From an uncultured Candidatus Saccharibacteria bacterium (lineage in GTDB: Bacteria; Patescibacteriota; Minisyncoccia; Phycocordibacterales; DATGWK01), in assembly GCA_964356815.1 (NCBI GenBank), contig CAYHIR010000002.1, positions 7,418 through 71,417 of the forward strand: a stretch of 64,000 nt of DNA, in the 5' to 3' direction. Under the pieces are notes generated by a model. It had not been told where the DNA came from, ran no database searches, and worked only from the letters and a program-made list of their open reading frames with translations. Shown in pieces: positions 19,109 through 29,267 of the stretch (the first letter of the stretch is position 1; each line of letters starts with the position of its first letter). The translations under genes were made by a program, and so were the position numbers.

Positions 19109-19662
19109 AAGATTTTGTGCGGGCCAGTCACCTTATCGCCCTCGCGATTGTGATGAGAAAAAATCACTGAGCGCATTTTTTCTGGCTGGGCTACATTTTT
19201 TATTTGAAAACTCCGACTATCTTCAGCCGCAGTCTGCACGCGAATGTCGCCAAAATCTAAGAAGGTCGGGATTATGCCATTCACCTCGATAGAAATATCT
19301 TGAATTTTGTCGAAACGCAAATTGGAAACTTCGCGATGAAAAAGGCTTTTCTGATCAACATCAATAATTCTTTTTTCGGTGATGTACCAGACATCAAGAT
19401 AATAATTGGTCCATTTTATAAAAAACAAAACCCAAAAAAGGAGAAGCCACAGAGAATATAAAAAGAAAACCACAGCCAAATTTGCATTAAAAGTTTGGAC
19501 AATTTTTGCTGGCAAAAAATCGCTGGCCACCGCCCATATAAGAAGTGGGCCAAAAGCACCCAAAATGATGCCTGTGCTCTGCATCCAAAAAACAAACCAG
19601 TGGCGGCGCACCTCGAAAATAATTTTCTCTCCCGGATCTAAATTGAGTTTGGAAACAAGCAT
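19093..19662 (-). CDS. Membrane protein with bacterial PH domain
   Basis: RRHW, ITEKRII, IQDI, DFGDIRVQTA. Confidence 0.8.
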   Translation of the reverse strand: MLVSKLNLDPGEKIIFEVRRHWFVFWMQSTGIILGAFGPLLIWAVASDFLPAKIVQTFNANLAVVFFLYSLWLLLFWVLFFIKWTNYYLDVWYITEKRIIDVDQKSLFHREVSNLRFDKIQDISIEVNGIIPTFLDFGDIRVQTAAEDSRSFQIKNVAQPEKMRSVIFSHHNREGDKVTGPHKILWKSK

Positions 19663-19691
19663 TTTGGGGTTAAATTATTTATAAAGATTTT

Positions 19692-19934
19692 TTAAAGATA
19701 ATGTAAAGAAATAAGACTAAAACAAATAAGCACAATGGAAGCCGTGAGATACACAACCTCAGCCGTAATAATCTGTTTACTACTTATGCCATATGTCCGC
19801 CAGTGATACAAGAGCACAAAGCTCGCACCGCCAAACAAGACCATAGAAATCACAAAAAACCCCCAAGCGGCGGCCGAAAAACTGTTGGAAGATATCGAGG
19901 GTAAAATTGATAAAACGCTTAGAGAACTTTCCAT
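19692..19934 (-). CDS. Small membrane protein
   Basis: Two hydrophobic helices, LLYHW..YG; TAGAAT 6 nt before ATG. Confidence 0.65.
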   Translation of the reverse strand: MESSLSVLSILPSISSNSFSAAAWGFFVISMVLFGGASFVLLYHWRTYGISSKQIITAEVVYLTASIVLICFSLISLHYL

Positions 19935-19983
19935 AACTCAATTCTATTGCATACTGTCTAAAAATGCTACAATCTATTCCAAC

Positions 19984-21342
19984 ATGACAAAAGAAAACAA
20001 AAAAGGGTCGGTCAAAAAGCTCTCCACCGAAAGCTACAAAGGTGTGCGCGATTTCTATCCCGAAGACATGTTTATTGAGAAATACATGTTTGAAAAAATG
20101 CGCGCGGCCGCAGAAAAGTTTGGCTATGTCGAATATAGCGCATCCATCCTCGAGCCCGCCGAGCTCTATCGCAGCAAAACGAGTGAAGAAATTGTAAACG
20201 ACCAGACTTATACTTTTAAAGATCGTGGCGACAGAGAAGTGACGCTCCGCCCAGAAATGACGCCTTCTGTAGCCCGCATGGTTGCCGACCGTAAACGCGA
20301 ACTCTCATTCCCCCTTCGTTGGTATTCTATCCCCAATGTTTTCCGTTATGAACAGCCCCAGCGCGGCCGTCTCCGCGAACATTGGCAGTGGAATGTCGAC
20401 ATTTTTGGCGACATGGGTGATGCAGCGGCCGAAACAGAAGCAGAAATAATTTCTCTCACCCACTCTTTCTTCACTTCGCTTGGTGCCACGGAAGAAAACT
20501 TTGAAATTTTGGTTAGCAATCGCAAAGCTTTGGGTGAACTTTGGGACAAATTTGCTATCGCTCCCGAAAAACGCGCCGAGCTCAATCGCCTCATCGACAC
20601 CAAAGAAAAAATGAGCGGCGAAAAATTTGCGGCGGCACTCACAGAAAAAATTGACAGTAGTGAAAGCGCGTCAAGCATTGCCGAGGCATTAGAATCCGCG
20701 GAGTCTTTTGTCGAAGCCCTCGGCGAAGATGGTGAAAGCGAAGCAATGAAGGAAATTGGCCAGCTTCTCACTCTTCTTGGTGAAATGGGTATCAAAAACG
20801 CTCGCTTCTCCCCCACTCTCGCCCGCGGTTTCGATTATTACACTGGTACCGTCTTTGAAATTTTCGACACCGACCCGAAAAATCGCCGCTCTCTCGCCGG
20901 TGGTGGCCGCTACGACAACCTACTCTCCATTTTCGGTGGCGACACGGTGCCAGCTTTCGGCTTTGGCTTGGGCGACGTCACTCTTCGCGATTTCCTCGAA
21001 AGTCACAATCTTCTACCCGAATACACTTCCACCGCCCAAATTTTCATCGCCGTAATGGGCGGCACGAGCGTGCCTGCCACCACATCTGCCGCCAATTCCC
21101 TTGCCACCAAGCTCCGCGCTCTCGGTGCGTCCGTCGTACTCGATTTTAGCGGCCGAACCTTTGGCGATTGCATTAAAAAAGCTTTAAAAGACGGCGTGCC
21201 ATTTTTTGCGGTGATGGGTGAAGACGAAGTAAACGAAAATTCAATCACCATAAAAAACTTGTCCGAAAAATCTGAGAAAAGTTTCACCCTCGACGAAACT
21301 GGCATCGCCTCTTTGGCGGAATTTTTGGCCAATAAAAATTAA
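19984..21342 (+). CDS. hisS: Histidine--tRNA ligase
   Basis: KGVRDF, LRPEMT, FRYEQPQRGRLREHWQ, ARGFDYYTG, GGGRYD. Confidence 0.96.
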   Translation: MTKENKKGSVKKLSTESYKGVRDFYPEDMFIEKYMFEKMRAAAEKFGYVEYSASILEPAELYRSKTSEEIVNDQTYTFKDRGDREVTLRPEMTPSVARMVADRKRELSFPLRWYSIPNVFRYEQPQRGRLREHWQWNVDIFGDMGDAAAETEAEIISLTHSFFTSLGATEENFEILVSNRKALGELWDKFAIAPEKRAELNRLIDTKEKMSGEKFAAALTEKIDSSESASSIAEALESAESFVEALGEDGESEAMKEIGQLLTLLGEMGIKNARFSPTLARGFDYYTGTVFEIFDTDPKNRRSLAGGGRYDNLLSIFGGDTVPAFGFGLGDVTLRDFLESHNLLPEYTSTAQIFIAVMGGTSVPATTSAANSLATKLRALGASVVLDFSGRTFGDCIKKALKDGVPFFAVMGEDEVNENSITIKNLSEKSEKSFTLDETGIASLAEFLANKN

Positions 21343-21370
21343 GCGCGCAAACAGGCGCGCAAATAAACCG

Positions 21371-21955
21371 ATGAACAAAGTAGTTTTCGACATTGAAACA
21401 AGTAATATTTTTGCCGATGTTGGCAAACGCGACCCAGCCTTGCTCGACATTTCTATCGTCGGTCTTTACGACTACGCGACAGACAGCTACAAATCATTTG
21501 CTCAAAATGAGTTTGCCGGACTGTGGCCAATTCTCGAGCGCGCTGATTTGCTCATCGGCTTCAATTCCGAGCATTTTGATTTGCCACTTTTAAACAAATA
21601 TTATCAAGGCGACCTAAATCAGATCAGACACCTCGATTTACTCAAAGAAATCCGCGAATCTTTTGGTCGACGCATGAAGCTCGATCAGCTCGCCGAAGGC
21701 ACACTCGGCACCAACAAATCCGGCCACGGCCTCGAAGCCATAAAATGGTGGAAAAACGGCGAGCATCAGAAGGTGCGCGACTACTGTATAGATGACGTCA
21801 AAATCACCAAAGACATTTACGAATACGCCATCAAAAACAACATGCTGAAATTTAAAGAAGACGGTAAAATTCACGATATCAAGCTCGACACATCTAAATG
21901 GCAGTCGGCGGGGGCGGAGAAGAATCCACTCACGTTTTCGTTGCCGTTTTCTTAA
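21371..21955 (+). CDS. RNase H-like / DEDD 3'-5' exonuclease domain protein
   Basis: VFDIET, GFNSEHFD, YCIDDV. Confidence 0.85.
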   Translation: MNKVVFDIETSNIFADVGKRDPALLDISIVGLYDYATDSYKSFAQNEFAGLWPILERADLLIGFNSEHFDLPLLNKYYQGDLNQIRHLDLLKEIRESFGRRMKLDQLAEGTLGTNKSGHGLEAIKWWKNGEHQKVRDYCIDDVKITKDIYEYAIKNNMLKFKEDGKIHDIKLDTSKWQSAGAEKNPLTFSLPFS

Positions 21956-22095
21956 AAATAAATCTGCCTTATATTTTTTCTTTGCTTATGACGCTACCTG
22001 TGGATAAGTCTCACCCCCCCTCATTTTTTGTTATGATTCATCTTGTAATCATTTAATCTTATCAGAAGCTAATTTTTGAAAAATAATTTACACTT

Positions 22096-22845
22096 ATGAA
22101 AGAATATAAATTAATCGCTTCTCTATTTATATTTACTGCAGGTTTAATTGTTGGGGTACAGCTTTTTAATATATCACCAAATCAGTTTTCATCCAGCACT
22201 TTTTCAGAGCAGTACAATAACACAGCCGCTGTTTTAAATGCTGAGAACAGCAAATTGTCACCCATAATCCGTGATTCTTATACACTCACACAACCCCACT
22301 CTTTTTTAATTCAACCATTTATCAACATAATTAAAGGTTTAGATTTTGGTTCTTCTAGCCAAAATGTCACTGTTCTTCAACAATTTCTTAATTCAATAGG
22401 TTATTTCCCGTCAAGCGTTGCACCTACTCAATATTTTGGACAAATTACTTCAAATGCTTTGAAGAACTTCCAAAAGACAAACAATCTTCCTCAAACTGGG
22501 GAGGTGGACAGTCCAACAGCTTCTGCTATTGAAAATTACTTTGGAGGTTCGTTTTCTTCTACAATGGACTTTGAACCAGGTGAAATTTCCACCAATCAAA
22601 ATGTTCCTGGACCCGAATTTGATTTTGGTGGCGTTTGCACAAATTATCCTCCTCCAGGTGGTTACGAACATTTTGGTGAGCAGTGTAATTGTATGCCGAC
22701 AGATATAGTTGCCAATTGGCAGGCTGTTGGTGAAGATGAATCAATTCTGGGCCCAGGAACATGTAAGGGCTTCGGTTATCGTCAAAGGTGCGATGGTAGT
22801 ATGTATGTTGGTTACTTTTTTAACTATTGTGAGGATGTGCTATAA
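22096..22845 (+). CDS. Secreted peptidoglycan-binding domain protein with Cys-rich C-terminus
   Basis: VTVLQQFL...YFGQIT..AL..FQ...L..TG.VD PG_binding_1 pattern; six Cys in the tail. Confidence 0.8.
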   Translation: MKEYKLIASLFIFTAGLIVGVQLFNISPNQFSSSTFSEQYNNTAAVLNAENSKLSPIIRDSYTLTQPHSFLIQPFINIIKGLDFGSSSQNVTVLQQFLNSIGYFPSSVAPTQYFGQITSNALKNFQKTNNLPQTGEVDSPTASAIENYFGGSFSSTMDFEPGEISTNQNVPGPEFDFGGVCTNYPPPGGYEHFGEQCNCMPTDIVANWQAVGEDESILGPGTCKGFGYRQRCDGSMYVGYFFNYCEDVL

Positions 22846-22942
22846 AACCCAACAACCATAAACAACAAACTATAGAAAACCGTTGACTAATAAAGTGTGC
22901 TTGAGTGTGCTTGATTGCCAAGATTTGCTATAATATCCCCTT

Positions 22943-23758
22943 ATGGAAAAAAACACACTTTCAATGCCGATCGCGATTGTGATTGCAGGAATTATTATTG
23001 CCGGAGCTGTTTATTTTTCTAATGTAAATCGCCCTGCCGGGCCGACTGGAACAAACACTGCTACACCAACAGGCTTAGCAGAAGTGGCTCTAGAAATTAA
23101 ATCCGTATCAGCAAGCGATTACATCGTCGGCAATCCAGACGCGCCACTCGTGATCGTCGAATATTCAGATACAGAGTGCCCTTTTTGTAAAAATTTTCAC
23201 AATAGCCTAAACAAGCTAATGTCCGATCTTGGTAGCTCTGGCAAAGTGGCTTGGGTCTATCGCCACTTCCCGCTTTGGAAATCAGAAAGTGGTCGTCCAG
23301 CCCTCCATCCAGCAGCAGAGAAAGAGGCTCAGGCTTTTGAGTGTGCTGGTTTTCTCGGTGGCAATACTAAGTTTTGGGAATACGCCAATCGTCTATATTC
23401 GATAACTCCGTCAAACAATCAACTCGATCCAAAAGAATTGCCAAAAATCGCTGTGTATGTAGGCCTCAAAGAAGCCGACTTCAACACTTGCCTCGAAAGC
23501 GGTCGTTTCTCACCAAAAATTGAAGAGCAGTATCAGGAAGCCAAAAATGCTGGATCTAGTGGCACACCTTTCAGCATCATCGTCTCTCGCGAGCCACTCG
23601 ATAGAAAAAAGGTAGAAAAAACTTTAAAAGAATTGACTCTAAAATATCGTTCGGGTTTAGAAAATTTTGCTATGAGCCCTGACAATCGCCGAATAGGAAT
23701 GAACGGCGCACAGCCCTATGAGCTCGTTAAGGCGCTGATCGAAGCTCTCCAGCCGTAA
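22943..23758 (+). CDS. DsbA family thioredoxin-fold protein
   Basis: EYSDTECPFC, YRHFPL, GTP, GAQP. Confidence 0.9.
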   Translation: MEKNTLSMPIAIVIAGIIIAGAVYFSNVNRPAGPTGTNTATPTGLAEVALEIKSVSASDYIVGNPDAPLVIVEYSDTECPFCKNFHNSLNKLMSDLGSSGKVAWVYRHFPLWKSESGRPALHPAAEKEAQAFECAGFLGGNTKFWEYANRLYSITPSNNQLDPKELPKIAVYVGLKEADFNTCLESGRFSPKIEEQYQEAKNAGSSGTPFSIIVSREPLDRKKVEKTLKELTLKYRSGLENFAMSPDNRRIGMNGAQPYELVKALIEALQP

Positions 23759-26700
23759 GAAGCGTTTTTCGCAAAGCGCAAAATTCGCAATCGTTTTTGC
23801 CACAGTCTTTTTCAACAAAAGAAAGATTTAGAATGTCGCGTGCCGTTTGACGGATCGTTTCTGTGAGCTCTTCAATGTGTGCGTCTTCTATAAAAAACTT
23901 TTCTTTTTTATACTCTTTTTTACCGTCACTTTTTTCATTTGGTTCGACGAAATCAATCTCTCCTGATTCCATAAAATATTTACCGTCTTCATGACCATCG
24001 AGAAGCAATCGATAGAAAACAAGCTGGCGGAAATAATCGCCAGATGAATTTTTCGTTTCGCCGAGAATATCGTTTCTAGTTTTTGGCTTGGCAGTTTTAT
24101 AATCCACAACATTCACCCGAGCATCTGAGAGAAATTCTATTTTATCGAGTTTGCCACGAATAAGGATTTTTGTGCTTGCACCAGCGGCAAAATCGGGCAG
24201 ATCGACAAACACGCCGGCAATGCCGTATTCGGAAATAGTGTTAGTTATCCAAGAGCTACTGTATGCGTCGAAATAGCCACTTAGAGCATCGGTGCCGCGT
24301 TCGAGAAATACAGCCAAATCCTCATCTTTAAGCGGCTGGCGTGCGAGCATTTTTTTGAAACTGGCGATCAAATATTCTTTCGATGCTTCCGGACGAGTTT
24401 CATCCGCCGTGCTTTGCCACTCCGCTCCGCTTTCCATCCCACCATCCGCCAAACGACCGAAAAATTGCTTCAGTGCCGCATGAATAGCCACACCATAAAG
24501 CTGACTTCGATTTTGCGCGCTTGGCAAACGGATGAGGTTTAGGAAAAAATATTTCCACGGGCAGTCGAGAAAATTATTTAGAGCGGTCACAGAAAGACCC
24601 TGCTCCAAAAATCGCGCATTGAGAAAAGTTTTATCGAGCAAACGCGGCGCTGGCGAGGCGCTAAAATCTTTGACAATAGCCGGCGTAGCCGCGAGCTCAC
24701 GCACCGCGCTGGAAACATCTTCGTTTTTTATAAATATTGAATCGATTTCTTGAATAAACTGACTCGGCAATCTATCGCGCCCTTCTGCATCGCGTCGGGA
24801 AAAACTCACAAAAAGCGAGTGCTTGGCACGCGTGAGAGCAACATAAAAAAGACGGCGTTCGTCTTCGGTGCTATTTGCGGCAGAAGAATCATCCTTGGCA
24901 CCATCAGCCGCCGCACTTTCTGAGGCTGTGCTCGGCGCGGGAAAACGAAAAAGTTTATGATCTCTTTTATTACCCCAATGTTTATCAACGACACCCACAA
25001 TATAGACATGTTCAAATTCCAAACCCTTAGACTTGTGGGCAGTCATGAGCTCGACAGCGCTATCTAAAAGACCGGAGCGATCGGAGCGGATAAGCACATC
25101 GTAGTCATCGACCGTGTCGAGATATTTGGCAAAATCGTGGAGCGTGGCGGCGCGATTGATTTCCAAAAGTTTCCCTGCCTCGCGAAAAAGCGCATCAACC
25201 TTCAGAAGCAAATTTGGCGAATCGGCCGAGTCTAAAATGTGAGAAATAAAGCCTGAGTCTTTGGCGATTTTCTCAAAAGCCTTTGTGGCCGAAGAATTAC
25301 GAGCAATAACGCTCCAGCTTTTTATTTTTCGCGCCAATTCCTTAAATTTCCGCGCATCATCTTCGGCAATTTTAGGGTTTCTCTCGCTCGCCGATAGCGC
25401 CCGAAGAATTGGCTGGCGATTTTGCCTCGCCCAATCTGTTACCAAGCTAACTTCAAGCGGATCTAAATTTAGAAAATCAAAATATAAAATGTGGCCGATA
25501 AATTCGTCGCGTGACGGCTCAAGCACAGCCCGAAAAAGCGTAATGAGCTTTCGAATTTCCACATCGGCCAAAACATTCTGATCCGAACGCACCACATACG
25601 GCACGACCACTTTTTCAAAAGCGCGAATGATTGGAAAAGCATCGCGATTTTCGCGATAGATGACTGCGATCGAGCGCGGACTAGCTCCATTTTTTATTTT
25701 TTGCTCTATATCATGCGCGAGATAGGCAAACTCCAAGCTTTCCTCAGCAAATTCGCGGAGGTTTATGGCTGGGATCGGGCCGGCGGCGTCTGAAAGCGCA
25801 CCGGCGGCACCAACAGCATCTTTCTCTGCCCCACCAAAATCCCCCGCCGCGACGAGCTTCGCGCGAAGTGATTCGTCCTCTACGTTATTTTTCAAAATCA
25901 AGTTGTGAGCGGCGTCGAGGATGGGCTGGCGAGAGCGATAATTTTCTTCGAGTGAGACAATTTTTGCCTTCGGAAATTTTTTCTTGAAAGACAGGAAATT
26001 TTCGAGTGATGCACCTTGAAAACGAAAAATGGCCTGTTTCTCATCGCCCACTACGCAAATATTTGGACTGTCGTCGAAGCTAGCAAGCAATTCGAGGATG
26101 CGATTTTGCGCGGCATTGGCATCTTGATGCTCATCGGCCAAAATAAATTGATAATTTTCCTGAAGCTCCAAAAGTAAGCCGGCATTTTCTTCGAGTGTGC
26201 GAATAGTTTCCAAAATCATGTCTTCGTAGTCATATAAACGCTCTTCCAAAAGCACTTTTTCGTAAAGCGCATAGACGCGCACGAGCTCTTTGTTTTTTTC
26301 GATTTGTTTTTCGAGGTCGCGGTAGTCGGCTTTGAGTTTGCCTTTGTGGGCACCTTTTTCATGCAAACGATCCGGCGCATTTTTCACTCGTTCTTCTTCC
26401 GCCAAAACCAATTTTTCAAAATGAGCGGCCGAAATATTTTCGCGTTTGAGATTGCGAATCATGTGGAGCGACGGCAAAACATAATACGACGGATCACCAA
26501 ACGGTTTCAGAAGCGAAAAATTATTTTCTGCCGACAATTCCGCGGATCCCGCCGACAAAATTATTTTTTCAATAATGCCAATCTGCCGAATGTCGCTCGC
26601 AGGTCGCGCGCCAATGATACGCGGAAATTCGTCGGGAAAATCGCGAATGATGTTGTTGCAAAAGCTGTGGAATGTCGTGATGTTTACCCGATACGCCGCC

Positions 26701-26963
26701 GAGCCAATAATATCCACCAACCGCCGCCGCATGCTGTGCGCCGCCGACTCGGTAAACGTGAGGGCTAAAATGCTGTCGGGCGTGGTGTCTGTGAGCTGTA
26801 AAATATTGGCAATTCGAAGCGACAAAATCTGCGTCTTCCCCGTCCCTGGCCCAGCAATAATCATGAGCGGGCCATAAATAGTGTCGACCGCCTCTTTCTG
26901 ACGCGGATTGAGCTTTTTATAGAGGTCGACAAAAGTAGGGCTTGAGAGAGGCGCGGAGGACAT
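23727..26963 (-). CDS. UvrD/PcrA-type helicase fused to C-terminal PD-(D/E)XK nuclease (AdnAB-like)
   Basis: AGPGTGKT, DEHQD, TAHKSKGLEF, ERRLFYVALTRA; GKLD..VDYKT; flanking Cys residues. Confidence 0.9.
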   Translation of the reverse strand: MSSAPLSSPTFVDLYKKLNPRQKEAVDTIYGPLMIIAGPGTGKTQILSLRIANILQLTDTTPDSILALTFTESAAHSMRRRLVDIIGSAAYRVNITTFHSFCNNIIRDFPDEFPRIIGARPASDIRQIGIIEKIILSAGSAELSAENNFSLLKPFGDPSYYVLPSLHMIRNLKRENISAAHFEKLVLAEEERVKNAPDRLHEKGAHKGKLKADYRDLEKQIEKNKELVRVYALYEKVLLEERLYDYEDMILETIRTLEENAGLLLELQENYQFILADEHQDANAAQNRILELLASFDDSPNICVVGDEKQAIFRFQGASLENFLSFKKKFPKAKIVSLEENYRSRQPILDAAHNLILKNNVEDESLRAKLVAAGDFGGAEKDAVGAAGALSDAAGPIPAINLREFAEESLEFAYLAHDIEQKIKNGASPRSIAVIYRENRDAFPIIRAFEKVVVPYVVRSDQNVLADVEIRKLITLFRAVLEPSRDEFIGHILYFDFLNLDPLEVSLVTDWARQNRQPILRALSASERNPKIAEDDARKFKELARKIKSWSVIARNSSATKAFEKIAKDSGFISHILDSADSPNLLLKVDALFREAGKLLEINRAATLHDFAKYLDTVDDYDVLIRSDRSGLLDSAVELMTAHKSKGLEFEHVYIVGVVDKHWGNKRDHKLFRFPAPSTASESAAADGAKDDSSAANSTEDERRLFYVALTRAKHSLFVSFSRRDAEGRDRLPSQFIQEIDSIFIKNEDVSSAVRELAATPAIVKDFSASPAPRLLDKTFLNARFLEQGLSVTALNNFLDCPWKYFFLNLIRLPSAQNRSQLYGVAIHAALKQFFGRLADGGMESGAEWQSTADETRPEASKEYLIASFKKMLARQPLKDEDLAVFLERGTDALSGYFDAYSSSWITNTISEYGIAGVFVDLPDFAAGASTKILIRGKLDKIEFLSDARVNVVDYKTAKPKTRNDILGETKNSSGDYFRQLVFYRLLLDGHEDGKYFMESGEIDFVEPNEKSDGKKEYKKEKFFIEDAHIEELTETIRQTARDILNLSFVEKDCGKNDCEFCALRKTLLTAGELRSAP

Positions 26964-27121
26964 AGGAGAACTATAACATAAGGCAAAATATGGCTAGAAA
27001 TATGGGGTTTTAATCGAAACTCAAGGTATTGACTTTTTTCTCTGCTATGATACACTGTGCGCAGAAATCGAACGACTACTCATGGTGAGGAGTCGTAAAA
27101 GCACATTCAAGGAGATCAATC

Positions 27122-27748
27122 ATGAACATTTCGAGGAAAGGTCTCGCGTTCAAGATTCGCTGGTTTCTTTTTGAGCCCAGTGAAAAAATGCTGTGGCAGG
27201 ACAGTCTCTGCAAATTCTGGTGGATGTTCCTGTTCAGACTACTCTTGGTGATTCCAGTGGTGGTGGCCTTCTTCGCGATCGTCATGACTCTGATGATTTC
27301 GTGGGAGCTGTTCTGGATGATCGTCGGCTTGCCTTTTGGATTCAGAACTCTTCTGTTTTTTGAAGAACCACGAAGGGATGACGTTCCAGTGTACCTTGAA
27401 CCCGAACAGGAATGCTGGGGCATGACCTGGCGGAAAATTCCGTACTGGCCGCTCCGTGGCGGATGGCGTTTGCTACCCATCACACTGGTGTCGCTAACCA
27501 CCATCGTGGCCAGCCTCTTCATCTTCAGAGAACCGATCCTGCATTTTGTCTCGGCAGTTGGCATGTGGTCTGTCGAGACGATGCCGCGAATTGCCCTTAT
27601 GGGTATCGCCTTGGCTCTGTCCGTAACCGCTGGCATTGGCGCAATCAAGGTCTTCCGAGCCATCAAGCGGAGTGAAATCGGTCGAATCGGTCGCGCCAGG
27701 TACGACGCCTTCAAGCAAGGTGTTTGCCCGAAGATCAACTACGTCTAG
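27122..27748 (+). CDS. Multi-TM hypothetical protein
   Basis: TTGACT-N16-TACACT (27029-27056), AAGGAG SD, terminator CGCCGCGA/TCGCGGCG plus TTTT. Confidence 0.7.
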   Translation: MNISRKGLAFKIRWFLFEPSEKMLWQDSLCKFWWMFLFRLLLVIPVVVAFFAIVMTLMISWELFWMIVGLPFGFRTLLFFEEPRRDDVPVYLEPEQECWGMTWRKIPYWPLRGGWRLLPITLVSLTTIVASLFIFREPILHFVSAVGMWSVETMPRIALMGIALALSVTAGIGAIKVFRAIKRSEIGRIGRARYDAFKQGVCPKINYV

Positions 27749-27856
27749 CTAGTCCAACAAGCACCTACATCGCCGCGACTCACACTCGCGGCGTTTTCAT
27801 TTGCAAAAATTATCTCCCCACTCCGAAATAAATAGTTTTGAGTAAGTATAAGAAAT

Positions 27857-27970
27857 TAGAAAATCCCCCAAGTGTGTTGAAAAATGACTACGCAGGCCGA
27901 AGAGGCCGAGGACTAGGAAATTTCACCAGAAATTTCCGGTCATTTTGAAGCACACTTGGGGGATTTTCTA
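27857..27970. repeat. Y-shaped palindromic element, copy 1
   Basis: Outer arms TAGAAAATCCCCCAAGTGTG/CACACTTGGGGGATTTTCTA around a 70-nt core (27879-27948) shared with 39138-39207. Confidence 0.9.
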
Positions 27971-27973
27971 TTA

Positions 27974-29257
27974 CTAATAATTCCTCAACCTATTAATATC
28001 CGCATGTTGCCTAATCTTCTCATGCGCTTTTGCCTCAATCTGTCGAATACGCTCGCGAGTCACACCAAATTCCTTGCCCACCTCTTCAAGTGTGTGGGTG
28101 ATGCCGTCTACCAAACCGTGACGCATTTCGAGAATTTTGCGCTCTTTGGCTGGCAAGTGATCTAAGATTTGTTTAACTTGATCAGAAATAATTCGGCGAG
28201 AAGATTCTTGGTCGGGAGAAAGAATTTTGTCGTCGGCAATAAAATCGCCAAGAGTTGATTTGCCATCGTCGCTGTCGTCGCCTACCGGGCTTTCAAGTGA
28301 GACTGTGTTTTGGTCAATTTTTTCTATTTGATAAATTTTCTCCACATCCATATTCATTTCAGTGGCTACTTCTTCGGGCATCGGATCGCGGCCAAGGTCT
28401 TGAGAAAGTCGGCGTACGACTTGCTTGTATTTAGCAATCGTCTCCACCATATGCACCGGCACGCGAATGGTGCGCGACTGATCAGCTAACGCACGAGTAA
28501 TGGCCTGACGAATCCACCATGTGGCATAGGTAGAAAATTTATAACCCTTCGTCCAATCGAATTTGTCGACAGCTTTGAAAAGGCCGAGATTGCCTTCTTG
28601 AATGAGATCGAGCAAAGTGAGATCTGGGCTACGGCCAACATATTTTTTAGCGATAGAAACCACGAGGCGAAGATTTGAACGAGCGAGCAAATTTCGCGCC
28701 TCTTCTTCACCAGCGATAATGCGCCGAGCAAAATCTTTTTCTTGGGCGCCGGAAATGAGCGGATATTGGCCGATTTCTTTGAGATACATTTGAATGGAAT
28801 CGTACGAAGAACCCTCGCCACCGTAAGAATATTTCTTGCCCACGACAGGATCGTCTGGCGACATGTCAAGCAAGCCGCCGCTTTCAAGGACATCCACACC
28901 CGCTTCGGCGAGGCGCAAATATAGATCTTCGAGAAATACGAGGTCAGTTTCGATTGTTGGAAATTCTTTGAGAATTTCGTCGTAGGTAATGAAGCCGCGC
29001 TCTCTGCCCTTAGTGAGTAAGTGCTTCACACCAAGCTCGAGCTTTTGAGCCTTTTTCTGAAGTATTGGTGAGAGTTTTACTTTTGGTTTTGACGACTTTG
29101 ATTTTGAAACTTTTGCCAACTTCACTTTCTTCGCAGACTTGGCGACTGTTTTTTTCTTAGGAACTTTTTTCTTGGCCGGCTTTTTTGATTTATTTGACTT
29201 CTTTGCGTGAGTTGCCTTTTTTGCTGACTTTGTTTTTTTGTTTTTTTGTTTTTTCAT
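27974..29257 (-). CDS. rpoD: Primary sigma factor RpoD with Lys-rich N-terminal extension
   Basis: [45 protein letters not shown]. Confidence 0.95.
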   Translation of the reverse strand: MKKQKNKKTKSAKKATHAKKSNKSKKPAKKKVPKKKTVAKSAKKVKLAKVSKSKSSKPKVKLSPILQKKAQKLELGVKHLLTKGRERGFITYDEILKEFPTIETDLVFLEDLYLRLAEAGVDVLESGGLLDMSPDDPVVGKKYSYGGEGSSYDSIQMYLKEIGQYPLISGAQEKDFARRIIAGEEEARNLLARSNLRLVVSIAKKYVGRSPDLTLLDLIQEGNLGLFKAVDKFDWTKGYKFSTYATWWIRQAITRALADQSRTIRVPVHMVETIAKYKQVVRRLSQDLGRDPMPEEVATEMNMDVEKIYQIEKIDQNTVSLESPVGDDSDDGKSTLGDFIADDKILSPDQESSRRIISDQVKQILDHLPAKERKILEMRHGLVDGITHTLEEVGKEFGVTRERIRQIEAKAHEKIRQHADINRLRNY

Positions 29258-29267
29258 GTTTTTGGTT

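Noticed and set aside
21999-22007. DnaA box (TGTGGATAA) as oriC
   Set aside because: Single box (one more imperfect box near 38231); no cluster and no dnaA/dnaN nearby.
23727-26963. Helicase-nuclease fusion as a novel defence system
   Set aside because: Matches the known AdnAB/AddAB-like repair architecture; no defence-type neighbours.
27076-27738. 220-aa antisense ORF and similar shadow ORFs (43919-44623, 45278-45964, 56327-57130)
   Set aside because: Opposite well-supported genes, with no motifs or expression signals.
27879-27948. Hammerhead ribozyme (GGCC-GAAA-GGCC stem, three-way junction)
   Set aside because: The CUGANGA and GAAA core residues are not correctly placed on either strand.
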